From an uncultured Gemmatimonadaceae bacterium (lineage in GTDB: Bacteria > Gemmatimonadota > Gemmatimonadetes > Gemmatimonadales > Gemmatimonadaceae), in assembly GCA_963829055.1 (NCBI GenBank), contig CAWHHI010000013.1, forward strand, positions 1-64,000: 64,000 bases of DNA. Reading direction: 5' to 3'. The notes below the pieces were generated by a model. The model had not been told where the DNA came from. It made no database searches and worked only from the letters and a program-made list of their open reading frames with translations. The position numbers were made by a program, and so were the translations under genes. Each line of letters opens with the position of its first letter. Positions within the stretch are counted from its first letter, which is position 1. Positions 1 to 9,817 of this stretch are shown here, one piece after another.

Positions 1-1581
1 GTGCGTCGAGGACACGAGCTCGTCGTGCGCACGGCGCTCGGCGCCGGCGTGGCGCGGCTCCGCCGACTGCTGCTCGTCGAGAATCTGATACTGACGCTCA
101 CCGGGGCCGCATTCGGTGTGCTGATCGCTCTGGGCGGCGTCAGGCTGCTGGTGTCGCTCGCCGCCCGCTATTCCCCTCGCGCGAACGAGATCCGTCTCAA
201 TGCCACGGTCTTCGGCTTCACGCTGTCGCTGTCGGTGGTGATCGCGCTGCTGCTGTCGTTCGTGGCGTCGCTGCCACGCGAAGGGAGCATCGCGGCGCTC
301 ATTTCCGCCGGCGTACACCGCCTAACGGGTGGCGTGAGGAAGCAGCGTCTCCAGCGCGGACTGGTCGTGGCGCAGATCGCGGTGTCCGTGGTGCTGCTGG
401 CGGGCGCGGGACTGCTCACGCGCACGATGATTCAGCTGTCGGAGGTGGACACTGGCCTCAAGGCTGAGGAAGTGCTGGCGGTGGAGGTGCCGCTCCTCAC
501 GCTGAGCGGCGGCCCGAGCAACGGCGATCAGGCCGGTTGGTACCGAAGCATTCTGGAATCCGACGCTGTGGCCAAGGCGAAGTACGAGCGCATGCGGCGC
601 GAGATCCGCGCCCTGCCCGGCGTCAACGAAGTCGGAGTCGGTTCCACGATTCCGCTCCGACGCGCATCGATGAACTTCGAAGTGAAGGCGGAGGGCAAGC
701 CGCTCGCGGTTGGTGAGGCGGTGCTGCGTCCCGAAGGTCGAACGGCCAACCCGGAGTACTTCCGCGCGGCGGGGATTCCGCTGCTCGAGGGACGCGAGTT
801 CTCCAGCACCGATGCACCTCGCTCGGGGTTGGTCGTGATCGTCAACAAGACGCTCGCCGATCGGATCTTTCCTGGCGAGAACCCGATCGGGAAGCGGATC
901 GCGTGGACGGGCGAGCTCCTCAAACTGAGCCCGATCAGCGGCGACTGGCGTACGATCGTCGGTGTCGTCGGCAATACGCAGGACGGTGGGCCGGATGCTG
1001 CGCCGAGACCCGTGGTGTTCATGCCGATGACGCAGATGTTGTCGCTCAGTGGCGTGCTGGTCATCCGCGCGGACAGCAACGTGGCGGGACTGGCGAGCGC
1101 GGCGACGCGCATCGTGCAGCGCATCGCGCCCACGGCACCCATCGAGCAGGTGCTGACCATCGCGCAGATCAAGGACCAGGGCGTGGCGCCGCGCCGTCTG
1201 AACGCGGTGCTCATCTCGTCGTTCGGTATCCTGGCGGTGATCATCGCCGCGGTGGGGATCGCCGGTGTGCTCGCCTTCTCGGTGAGCGCGCGCACGAACG
1301 AGATCGGCATTCGCATGAGCCTCGGCGCCGACCGCGGTCGTGTGCAGCGGATGATCCTGCGGGAAGGTGGCGTCCTGCTGGTGATCGGGCTCGCGTTAGG
1401 TGTCGTCGGCGCGTTCGTGGCCTCGGGCGCGATGCGCGGGCTGCTCTTCGGCGTCGCGCCACACGACCCGACCACGTTCACGGGCGTTGCCCTGCTGATG
1501 GCGGTGATCGGGATCGTCGCGTGCTGGATTCCGGCGCTGCGTGCGGCGCGGATCGATCCGGCGATCACCATGCGCACGTAG
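1..1581 (+). CDS. ADOP-type (MacB/FtsX-like duplicated) ABC transporter permease, 5'-truncated by the window edge
   Basis: FtsX-like motifs RxxELVVRTALGAG, LVVAQIAVSVVLLAGAGLL, VSARTNEIGIRMSLGA and RAARIDPA; close paralog of 46673-49117. Confidence 0.9.
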   Translation: MRRGHELVVRTALGAGVARLRRLLLVENLILTLTGAAFGVLIALGGVRLLVSLAARYSPRANEIRLNATVFGFTLSLSVVIALLLSFVASLPREGSIAALISAGVHRLTGGVRKQRLQRGLVVAQIAVSVVLLAGAGLLTRTMIQLSEVDTGLKAEEVLAVEVPLLTLSGGPSNGDQAGWYRSILESDAVAKAKYERMRREIRALPGVNEVGVGSTIPLRRASMNFEVKAEGKPLAVGEAVLRPEGRTANPEYFRAAGIPLLEGREFSSTDAPRSGLVVIVNKTLADRIFPGENPIGKRIAWTGELLKLSPISGDWRTIVGVVGNTQDGGPDAAPRPVVFMPMTQMLSLSGVLVIRADSNVAGLASAATRIVQRIAPTAPIEQVLTIAQIKDQGVAPRRLNAVLISSFGILAVIIAAVGIAGVLAFSVSARTNEIGIRMSLGADRGRVQRMILREGGVLLVIGLALGVVGAFVASGAMRGLLFGVAPHDPTTFTGVALLMAVIGIVACWIPALRAARIDPAITMRT

Positions 1582-1594
1582 GAGGCTGATTCCC

Positions 1595-2481
1595 ATGGGA
1601 ATGACGTATGTGGTGCACATCCTCGCCGGTACTCTGGGCCTGATTGCCGGCTATGTCGCGCTCTACTCGGCGAAGGGGGCGGCGCTCCACCGCAAGAGTG
1701 GAATGGTGTTCGTGTATGCAATGCTCTTCATGGCCGTTTTCGGAATGACGATCGCCGTCGTAGCGCGACAAGGCGCCGGACATCAACGTCCCCGCAGGAA
1801 TGATCACGTCGTACCTGGTGATCACGGCGCTGACAACAGTGCGACCCCCTGGTGCGGTGTCGCGGGGTTGGCGCTGGTTGGACATCGGCGCAATGCTCGT
1901 CGCGTTGGTAGTGGGTCGTGATCATGCTGGCGTTCGCCACCGAAGCCATCGCCAACGGGGGCAAGAGGAACGGGATGCCGGCGTTTCCATTCATCCTGTT
2001 CGCCACGTTCGGGTTCGTCGGCGTTGCCGGCGATCTCCGCGTGCTACGGTCGGGCGCGCGCCAGGGGGCGTCGCGGATTGCACGCCATCTGTGGCGCATG
2101 TCGATCGCTCTTTTCATAGCGGCGCTGTCGTTTTCCGTTCAGCTGCCGAAGTTCCTCCCGAAGCCGCTGCGTATCCGCGGGCTCCTCATCCTTCCGGTGG
2201 TGGCAGTGCTGGTAACGATGGTCTACTGGCTGTGGCGCATCGGGATCCGGCGGTCCGTCCGGGGCCTCGTTCACGTCACCGCACGGCGCCACGGCCATGA
2301 CATTCCGCAGGGGCTCGCCGTTGCTGCGGATTCCCGGGTTGCTCCCGAGCACATGATCCGCGCAGCCACGGGAACGAATGACCCGTACAACGAGCGCGCG
2401 AATCGCCGGCTTCACGCTCCTCTTCTATATCGCGGTCGGGATCGCTCGAATGATCGTGGCCAGGGGCGCCACGAGCGGTGA
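1595..2481 (+). CDS. Membrane protein, DUF2306-like (frameshifted; 3' end uncertain)
   Basis: VHILAGTLGLIAGYVALYSAKGAALHRKSG and RIARHLWRM motifs spread over ORFs 1541-1921, 1800-2300 and 1918-2481; multiple hydrophobic helices. Confidence 0.6.
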
Positions 2482-3100
2482 GGGGACTGCCGCGAGGCTG
2501 GCGAGCATCGCGACGCACACGGTACAGCTGCGCATCAACGTCGTGCTCACACTGGTCATCTGCCTCACAGCACTGACGCTCGCGGTAGCGCTGTACGTGA
2601 TCACGCGGGATGACGACCAGGAGCTCGCGCTCCTGGCCCTCGCCTGTCGCGCCATCGAGGGCGCGATTCCGGTGATTTCCATACTCGCGACGCTCGGATT
2701 GCTGTCGCTCGCCACAGCTGCGGCAGCGGATGCGCCTAACGCTGCGGCATCGTATCCGCTTGCCGCATTCCTGCTGAACGTGAAAGGATGGCTGCCGCTC
2801 ATTGGGGCGACATTCTTCGCTGTGGGTAGCGCGCTCTTCTCGTGGCTCCTTCTTCGCGGTCGCATCGTCCCCGCCTCCCTGGCCTGGCTCGGCGTCGCCG
2901 CTTCCGTCCTGCTCGTCTTGGGCCTTCCCCTGCAACTGGTGGGAGGGCTCCGTGGCACGGTCACGCAGCTCATGTGGATACCGATGGCCGCGTTCGAAAT
3001 CCCGCTCGGTTTCTGGCTGCTCATCAAGGGTGTCCGTGAGCCCACGGCGCACGTGTCGGTTACCGAGACGAGGCAAACATGGACACAGCGCACGGGATGA
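2378..3100 (+). CDS. DUF4386-like multi-pass membrane protein
   Basis: SARIAGFTLLFYI start, C-terminal FEIPLGFWLLIKG, about 6 TM segments. Confidence 0.75.
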   Translation: MTRTTSARIAGFTLLFYIAVGIARMIVARGATSGEGTAARLASIATHTVQLRINVVLTLVICLTALTLAVALYVITRDDDQELALLALACRAIEGAIPVISILATLGLLSLATAAAADAPNAAASYPLAAFLLNVKGWLPLIGATFFAVGSALFSWLLLRGRIVPASLAWLGVAASVLLVLGLPLQLVGGLRGTVTQLMWIPMAAFEIPLGFWLLIKGVREPTAHVSVTETRQTWTQRTG

Positions 3101-3112
3101 CTCGCGCGCACG

Positions 3113-3385
3113 ATGTACCGAGGCCGAGTGTGGCTCAGCGCGTTGCTCCTCGTCGCTGGCCTGCTCGGCCATCTCCTCGCGGCGCGCGCCATCGGTGGAA
3201 GTCGGATCGCGTACAGCCATCACATTCTGGGTTTTTTCCTCATCGCCGTCGTGACGGGCGTCATCATCGCCGGCCTGGGATGGCGCTTCTGGAAAGGGCG
3301 CCGTGACATCACGCTGCTCGTCATCGGCGCGGTGCAGGCGCTCGCGGGACTCGCGGTATACATGGAGCGGTTTCGCGTCAGCTGA
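3113..3385 (+). CDS. Small membrane protein (3 TM)
   Basis: 90-aa hydrophobic ORF co-oriented in the operon. Confidence 0.6.
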   Translation: MYRGRVWLSALLLVAGLLGHLLAARAIGGSRIAYSHHILGFFLIAVVTGVIIAGLGWRFWKGRRDITLLVIGAVQALAGLAVYMERFRVS

Positions 3386-3528
3386 AGCGCGGCACGTCCG
3401 GGCTTCGGGCGCCTAACGCCCAGTGACCTGGACGCCCTCCTTCTCCTCTCGCTCGGCTCGAGTTTAGCTTGCGTGTCGGACGCGATTCAGCGCCCGCGAC
3501 GGCTCGCATCGAGAGAAATCGAGAGGAG

Positions 3529-5064
3529 ATGATGGCGACACGGCAGGGCATCGACGACACGCAGCGCGCACCCGACAAGATCGGCCCCGACGACCCGCGG
3601 TATCGCGCCGTGGTCGACAAGCGGTTCAACAAGCGGTTCAGCGCGACGCCGGACTACGTGCGACTCGTGAGCTCGACCGAACAGGTCGTGTCGGCCGTCG
3701 AAGACGCGGTGAAGGAAGGGCGACGTCTCGTCGTCACCAGCGGCGGGCACTGCCTCGAGGGGTTCGTCGCGGACCCGGACGTGCGCGTGATCATCAATGT
3801 CTCGCCCATGAAGCGCATTTACTACGATGCCCGACGCGGTGCGATCGCCGTCGAGGCCGGCGCCACAGTGGGCGACGCGTTCCGCGTGCTGTACGACCGG
3901 TGGGGCGTGGTGATCCCCCTCGGCGAGTATCCGGCGATCGGCATGGGTGGGCATGTCGTGGGTGGTGCCTTCGGCTTTCTGTGTCGTCAGCTCGGTCTCG
4001 CGGCGGATTACCTGTACGCCGTCGAGGTGGTCACCGTCGATGCCAGCGGACGGGCGAACAGCGTCGTCGCAACGCGCGACGCGTCGGACCCGAACCGCGA
4101 GCTCTGGTGGGCGCACACCGGCGGTGGCGGTGGAAATTTCGGCGTCGTCACCCGCTACTGGTTCCGCTCGCCTAACGCATCCGGCGGCGACCCCGCTCAG
4201 CTCCTGCCACGCGCGCCCGAGTCGATCACGACGTTCAAGGCGGAATGGAGCTGGAGCGACATCGACGAGCCGACGTTTCTCCGACTCCTCAGGAACCACG
4301 GAACGTGGTGCGAGCGGAACAGCGACGCGGATTCACCGAACGCGTCGCTCTGGACGCTGCTGCAGATTCATCGGAAGCAGTTCGGGAAGATCATCGTCCG
4401 CGGTGTGAGCACGGCGGGAGCCGACGCGGAGCGCCAGGTGGACGACCACCTTGCGGCGTTAGGCGCTGGCATCGGAGCGCCGACGGGTAAGGAGATCACG
4501 CGGATGTCATGGCTCGAGTTCGCCCTGAACCCGCTTCCCGATCTGTTCGCCGGTCCGCCAGGCGGGGTGAGCGCAAAGGTCAAGGACGCGTTGCTCAGGA
4601 GACGCTTCACCGACCGCCAGATCGCCGTCGCGTACGACTACATGACGCGCACCGATCATGACGTCATGGGTGGCATGCTGGGTCTCGCGACGTATGGCGG
4701 CCGGATCAATACGGTGGCGCCCGACGCGACGGCCTCCGCGCAGCGCGGTGCCATTCTCGATATCGCCTGCAATGTCGGGTGGCTGGATCCGCGTGAAGAG
4801 GCGAAGAATCTGGCCTGGGTGCGGGCGTTCTATCGCGACCTGTTCGCGGAGACCGGCGGCGTGCCAGTCCCGGGCGAGGCATACGATGGCGCGTTCATCA
4901 ATCATCCGGACACTGACCTCGCGGACCCGGCACTGAATACGTCGGGCGTGCCCTGGCACACGCTGTATTACCGAGACAACTACCCGCGACTGCAGCGAAT
5001 CAAGGCGCAGTGGGATCCTCGGAATGTGTTCCGGCATCGATTGTCGATTCAGGCACCCGGCTGA
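3529..5064 (+). CDS. FAD-linked oxidoreductase, berberine-bridge-enzyme (BBE/VAO) family
   Basis: SGGHCLEG FAD-His motif, GGGGGNFGVVT, C-terminal YYRDNYPRLQRIKAQWDPRNVF. Confidence 0.9.
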   Translation: MMATRQGIDDTQRAPDKIGPDDPRYRAVVDKRFNKRFSATPDYVRLVSSTEQVVSAVEDAVKEGRRLVVTSGGHCLEGFVADPDVRVIINVSPMKRIYYDARRGAIAVEAGATVGDAFRVLYDRWGVVIPLGEYPAIGMGGHVVGGAFGFLCRQLGLAADYLYAVEVVTVDASGRANSVVATRDASDPNRELWWAHTGGGGGNFGVVTRYWFRSPNASGGDPAQLLPRAPESITTFKAEWSWSDIDEPTFLRLLRNHGTWCERNSDADSPNASLWTLLQIHRKQFGKIIVRGVSTAGADAERQVDDHLAALGAGIGAPTGKEITRMSWLEFALNPLPDLFAGPPGGVSAKVKDALLRRRFTDRQIAVAYDYMTRTDHDVMGGMLGLATYGGRINTVAPDATASAQRGAILDIACNVGWLDPREEAKNLAWVRAFYRDLFAETGGVPVPGEAYDGAFINHPDTDLADPALNTSGVPWHTLYYRDNYPRLQRIKAQWDPRNVFRHRLSIQAPG

Positions 5065-5205
5065 CGCCGGTATTCCCTTCAGCGGGAAGCCGTCTCACGT
5101 TGCTCGCGTTGACGCGCTCCGACGCTGACGCGAAGATTGGCGACACTGTTCGAGGTGGACGTTCGACTTCGTCTCACCCGCTTTTCCTGCCACGCAGCCC
5201 CAGCC

Positions 5206-8200
5206 ATGCGCCATTCCGCTTCGCTGATCGTCGCGATCGTTACTGCCGTCTGTATCCTCGCCGCGTCGTCCGACGCCGTCGCCCAGTCACCGCTTCGCCC
5301 GACCGCGGAGCCCAAGCTCGCGTTCGCTGAACCGGGAATCGCGCCTGACGGCAGCGAGATCGCGTTCGTACATGGCGGCGACATCTGGGTGGTGCCGGCA
5401 CGCGGCGGCGAGGCGCGACTGCTCGTGGCCAACCCGGCGAACGAGTCACGTCCCATCTACTCGCCAGACGGAACTCGGCTCGCGTTCATCTCGAACCGCG
5501 CCGGAAGCCCGGACATCTGGATCCTGACGCTCGCCGACGGATCGCTTCGCCGTCTCACCTTCGACGACGGCGCGGAGCAGCTCGACAGCTGGTCGCGCGA
5601 TGGCAGGTGGGTCTACTACTCGAGCGCTGCGCACGACATCGCCGGCATGAGCGACGTCTACCGCGTCCGCAGCGAAGGCGGCACGCCGATGCCCGTCGCC
5701 GCCGACCGGTACGCGGCCGAGTTCATGGCGGCGCCCGCGCCTAACGGCGACGCCGTCGCCATTGTGGGGCGTGGCTTCGGGCTCTCGCAATGGTGGCGTA
5801 AGGGCCGCTCGCATCTCGACGAGAGCGAGCTCTGGGTCGTCCGTGGCAACGGGTCAGCAGCACCGAAATACGAGCAGCTCACGCAGCGCGGCGCGAAGCA
5901 GCAGTGGCCTATGTGGGGCAGCGGGAGCGGGGACGCAGGCTCGCTCTACTTCGTCTCCGACCGATCCGGCCCGCAAAATCTCTGGGTAAAGCCGGCCCAG
6001 GGCGAGGCGCGAGCGCTCACCGAGTTCGGCAGCGGGCGCGTGATGTGGCCGACGATGACCGCGAACGGAAGCACCATCGCGTTCGAGCGGGATTTCGGCA
6101 TCTGGACGTACGACATTGCGAGCCGGCGCACGCAACAGGTGCCGATCACCGTGCGCGGCTCGGCGGTCGCCGGAGGCACCGAGCATCTCACACTCACCAC
6201 GGGCTTCAGTGACCTCGCCGTCTCGCCCGACGGGAAGAAGCTCGCGTTCATCGCTCGCGGCGAAGTGTTCGCGGCCCCGTCCGCCGACGGCGGCGACGCG
6301 ACCCGCCTAACGACGACATCGGCCGCCGAGGGACAGGTGACGTGGGCGCCGGACAGCCGTCGGCTCGCGTACACGGCCAACCGCGACGGCGCGTGGAACC
6401 TCTATCTCTACGATTTCGCGACGAACAAGGAAACGCCGCTCACGACCGGTCGTGTGCACAGCGTGTCACCGCAGTTCTCACCCGACGGAAAGCAGGTGGC
6501 GTTCCTCCGCGACGCGCGTGAGCTCTGCGTGGTATCGCTCGACACGAAGCAGGTGCGCGTACTCGCGAAAGGCGTGTTCGGACGACCGCCATTCTTCCTC
6601 GATCGTCCGATCGCGTGGTCGCCAGATAGCCGCTGGGTCGCGTATCTCTCGGGCGGGACGAAGCTGTTCATGAACGCGTACGTCGTGCCGACCACGGGCG
6701 GCGACGCGCGTCAGGTGAGCTGGCTCGCGAACACGCGCGCGACGAGCCTGTCGTGGAGCAAGGATGGCGAGTTCCTGCTGCTCGACACGGGAATGCGCAC
6801 GGAACCAGGCTCGCTCGCGCGCGTCGATCTGCTGCCGTTCTCGCCGAAGTTCCGCGAGGACCAGTTCACGGCGATGTTCCGTGACGAGACGCCGGGTCGC
6901 ACGACGCCGCCAGCGCCCACGCCGGCACGTCCGGCCACCGACTCGACGAAGCCCGATTCGTCAACCACGAAGCGCGCCGATCGCGCGGACGCCGTGCGGA
7001 TCGTGTTCGACGGCATCAGGACGCGACTCAGCATGGTTCCGGTCGGCGTCGATGTCGGCGTCCAGGCGCTGAGCGCCGACGGAAAGCAGGTCGTCGTCAC
7101 GTCGAACGTCGCGGGGCAGACGAACCTGTTCGCGTATGCGTTCGACGAGTTCGCGACGGACCCCGCGGTGACCCGACAGATCACGACCACGCCGGGGAAC
7201 AAGAACTCCATCCAGTTCGCGCCCGACGGAAAGAGCGTCTGGTTCCTCGAGCAGGGGCGGATCGTCAATGTCACGCTCGAGAACAGGGCCGTCAGGCAGG
7301 TTGCGGTCCGCGCGGAGGTGGACGTCGACTTCGCGCGCGAGAAGTGGGACGTGTTTCACCAGGCGTGGGAATTCCTGAACGACAATTTCTACGACCCGGA
7401 GTTCCACGGCACCGACTGGGGCGCGGTTCACACCGCGTACGCGCCGTACATCGCCGGCTCCAAGACGCCTGACGAGATGCGGCGCGTGCTGAGTCTGATG
7501 ATCGGCGAGATGAACGGATCGCACATGGGAATCTCCGCGCCGCCGCCGGCCGGTGCGCCAACGGCAGCGACCGGACGCCTTGGCCTCGAGTTCGACCGCG
7601 GCATCTACGAGCAGCGCGGACAGTTGCGCGTGACGACCGTGATACCTAACGCCGCGGCGGCGTTGAGCGAGGGCGTGCGCGTCGGCGACTACGTGCTCGC
7701 CATAGACGGGACGCCGATCGCGCCTAACGTGTCGCTCGACTCGATCCTGCGGCTTCAAGGTCGGCAAACGCGTCGCGCTGCGCGTCTCGGCCGACCCGAA
7801 CGGCGCCAACGCCCGGGAGGTCGCGATCCGGCCACGCAGCGCCGCGTTCGAGAAGCAGATGCTGTATCGCGCGTGGTTCGAAGAGCGGCGCGCACTCGTC
7901 GCGAAGCTCAGTAACGGCCGACTCGGCTACGTGCACATGCTCGACATGGGCAACAACGCGCTGACACAGCTCAACCTCGATCTCGACGCCGAGATGCACG
8001 AGAAGGACGCGGTCGTCTTCGACGTGCGCAACAACAACGGCGGCTTCATGAACGGCCATGCGCTCGACGTGTTGTCGCGGAAGCCGTATGTGGACATGGT
8101 GCGTCGCGGCGTACCGTCGGCTCCCGGACGGCCGGTCCTTGGTCAGCGCTCGCTCGAAAAGCCGACGATTCTCATTACCAACCAGGCCACGCTCTCCGAC

Positions 8201-8506
8201 GGCGAGAATTTCACCGAAGGCTACCGCACGATGAAGCTCGGCACCGTCGTCGGCGAGCCAACGGCGATGTGGGATGTGTACACGGGCGGCGGGACGATGG
8301 TCGACGGGACGGTCGTGCGGCTGCCGTTCATGCGAAACGCGCAGCTCGACAACGCGGCGCTCGAGCGCGCGTCGCGTAAGGTCGACATCAGGGTCGACCG
8401 ACCGATGGGCGAGAGCTACACCGGTCGCGACGCGCAGCTGGAGCGTGCGGTGCAGGAGTTGATGACGCAGATCCGGTCCACGGGGCGGGCATCTTCGCAG
8501 CGCTGA
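5206..8506 (+). CDS. Tricorn-like S41 peptidase with PD40 beta-propellers and PDZ domain (frameshift near 7750)
   Basis: Signal peptide, many SPDG repeats, GELNxSH-like GEMNGSH, GRLGYVHM, DVRNNNGG and catalytic SDGE in ORF 7859-8506. Confidence 0.9.
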
Positions 8507-8546
8507 GACCATTCACCGCTGACGCGCTGCATCTCTCACGGTCGGC

Positions 8547-9116
8547 TCAGAACGGACAGTTCCCCGGGCGAGGCTCATCGATTCTCAGCGCCTCGCCCGG
8601 TGGCGCGAAGTAGGTCACGACGTTCTGCGCTGGCGCTCCCGATTCATTGCGCGCGATGTGTGCGTGATCTCCCACATCGAGAAACCCGTTCGGGGCGGAC
8701 ACGACGATGGGCGTGCACGCCGGGTCGTCCGAGTCGTAGAACGTCATCGTGCCCACAGCAACCTGGATGAAGACGGGCCCCGGATGGCTGTGCCAGCCGC
8801 TGTGACTGCCGACCGGAAAACTGATCGTCTGGACGGCGATGTCGAACGCCGGATTGGCCTTGATCTCGAAGTTCCAGTGGTGCGTCGCGCGCTTCACTTT
8901 GAAGTTGTGATCCGACGGGTCACCGAAGGTCGCGCGACCGAGCAGCGTCGATACCGAGCCGGAGGCCGCAGTGAATGCGGGCGTGACCGTGCTCGGGTCT
9001 TTCGCCTGGGGAGCCATGGTCTTCGCGTCCGCGTTGCAGCCCGCCAGAAGAGCGGTGAGCACGAGACCGCCAGCCGGGTGGAAGCGAAGCAGTGACAACG
9101 GTGACAGCGGTGACAT
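8547..9116 (-). CDS. Cupin-domain lipoprotein
   Basis: Lipobox LLAGC; cupin motif GWHSHPGP...H; GGAGG RBS upstream of ATG 9116. Confidence 0.75.
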   Translation of the reverse strand: MSPLSPLSLLRFHPAGGLVLTALLAGCNADAKTMAPQAKDPSTVTPAFTAASGSVSTLLGRATFGDPSDHNFKVKRATHHWNFEIKANPAFDIAVQTISFPVGSHSGWHSHPGPVFIQVAVGTMTFYDSDDPACTPIVVSAPNGFLDVGDHAHIARNESGAPAQNVVTYFAPPGEALRIDEPRPGNCPF

Positions 9117-9256
9117 GGGAGCCTCCGGAATCGGGTGATGACATCCCGAGCCACGCGCGAGACGACACTGTCTCGCACGCTGGCGGGTTCGTATGTTGGA
9201 GCCGGTCATGCGGCCAGTTGACCGTACCACTCTGACTAACGAGGGGTCGCGCCGAG

Positions 9257-9802
9257 ATGGGACACGGTGCGTGTAGTGAGCTGCCGAGCGACGAGCAGGC
9301 GCCGCTGGACGAGCTCATCGAGTTCGCCTACCATGAGCTCCGCGCGATCGCGCATCGGCGCCTCGCGGTGGGCGGCGGACACAGCACGCTCTCGACCACC
9401 GCACTGGTTCACGAGGCCTACCTCAAGCTCGCCGACCAGTCGCAGTCGAGGTGGCGCGACCGATCGCACTTCTTCGCGGTCGCATCACTGGCGATGCGCC
9501 ACGTGCTGGTCGACTTCGCGAAGGCGCGCGCGACGCTCAAGCGTGGCGGCGAGCGTCACCGCATAACGCTGGATGAGGTCGACATCGCCGTCGACGACCA
9601 GGCTGATGCGCTCCTGCAGCTCAACGACGCGCTGGACCGTCTCGCCGAGGTGGAGCCGCGTCTCGCGAAAGTGGTGGAGTGCCGGTTCTTCGGCGGTCTG
9701 TCGGAAGAGGAAATCGCCAACACGCTCGGCGTCACGGTCCGCACGGTGCGCCGCGATTGGGTGAAGGCGCGCGTGATGCTGCAGCGCGTGCTCGATTCGT
9801 AG
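9257..9802 (+). CDS. ECF sigma factor, ECF43/TIGR02999-like (kinase-associated)
   Basis: YHELRAIA, TLSTTALVHEAYLKL, RFFGGLSEEEIA...TVRRDWVKAR; followed directly by a Ser/Thr kinase. Confidence 0.9.
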   Translation: MGHGACSELPSDEQAPLDELIEFAYHELRAIAHRRLAVGGGHSTLSTTALVHEAYLKLADQSQSRWRDRSHFFAVASLAMRHVLVDFAKARATLKRGGERHRITLDEVDIAVDDQADALLQLNDALDRLAEVEPRLAKVVECRFFGGLSEEEIANTLGVTVRTVRRDWVKARVMLQRVLDS

Positions 9803-9817
9803 CCGTCCGCCTGGAGT

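Noticed and set aside
528..1721. Long antisense and alternative-frame ORFs (e.g. 528-1721, 28247-29707, 40467-41618, 46640-47596, 61161-62462)
   Set aside because: Shadow ORFs typical of high-GC DNA; Arg/Ala/Pro-rich, no motifs, and overlapping well-supported genes
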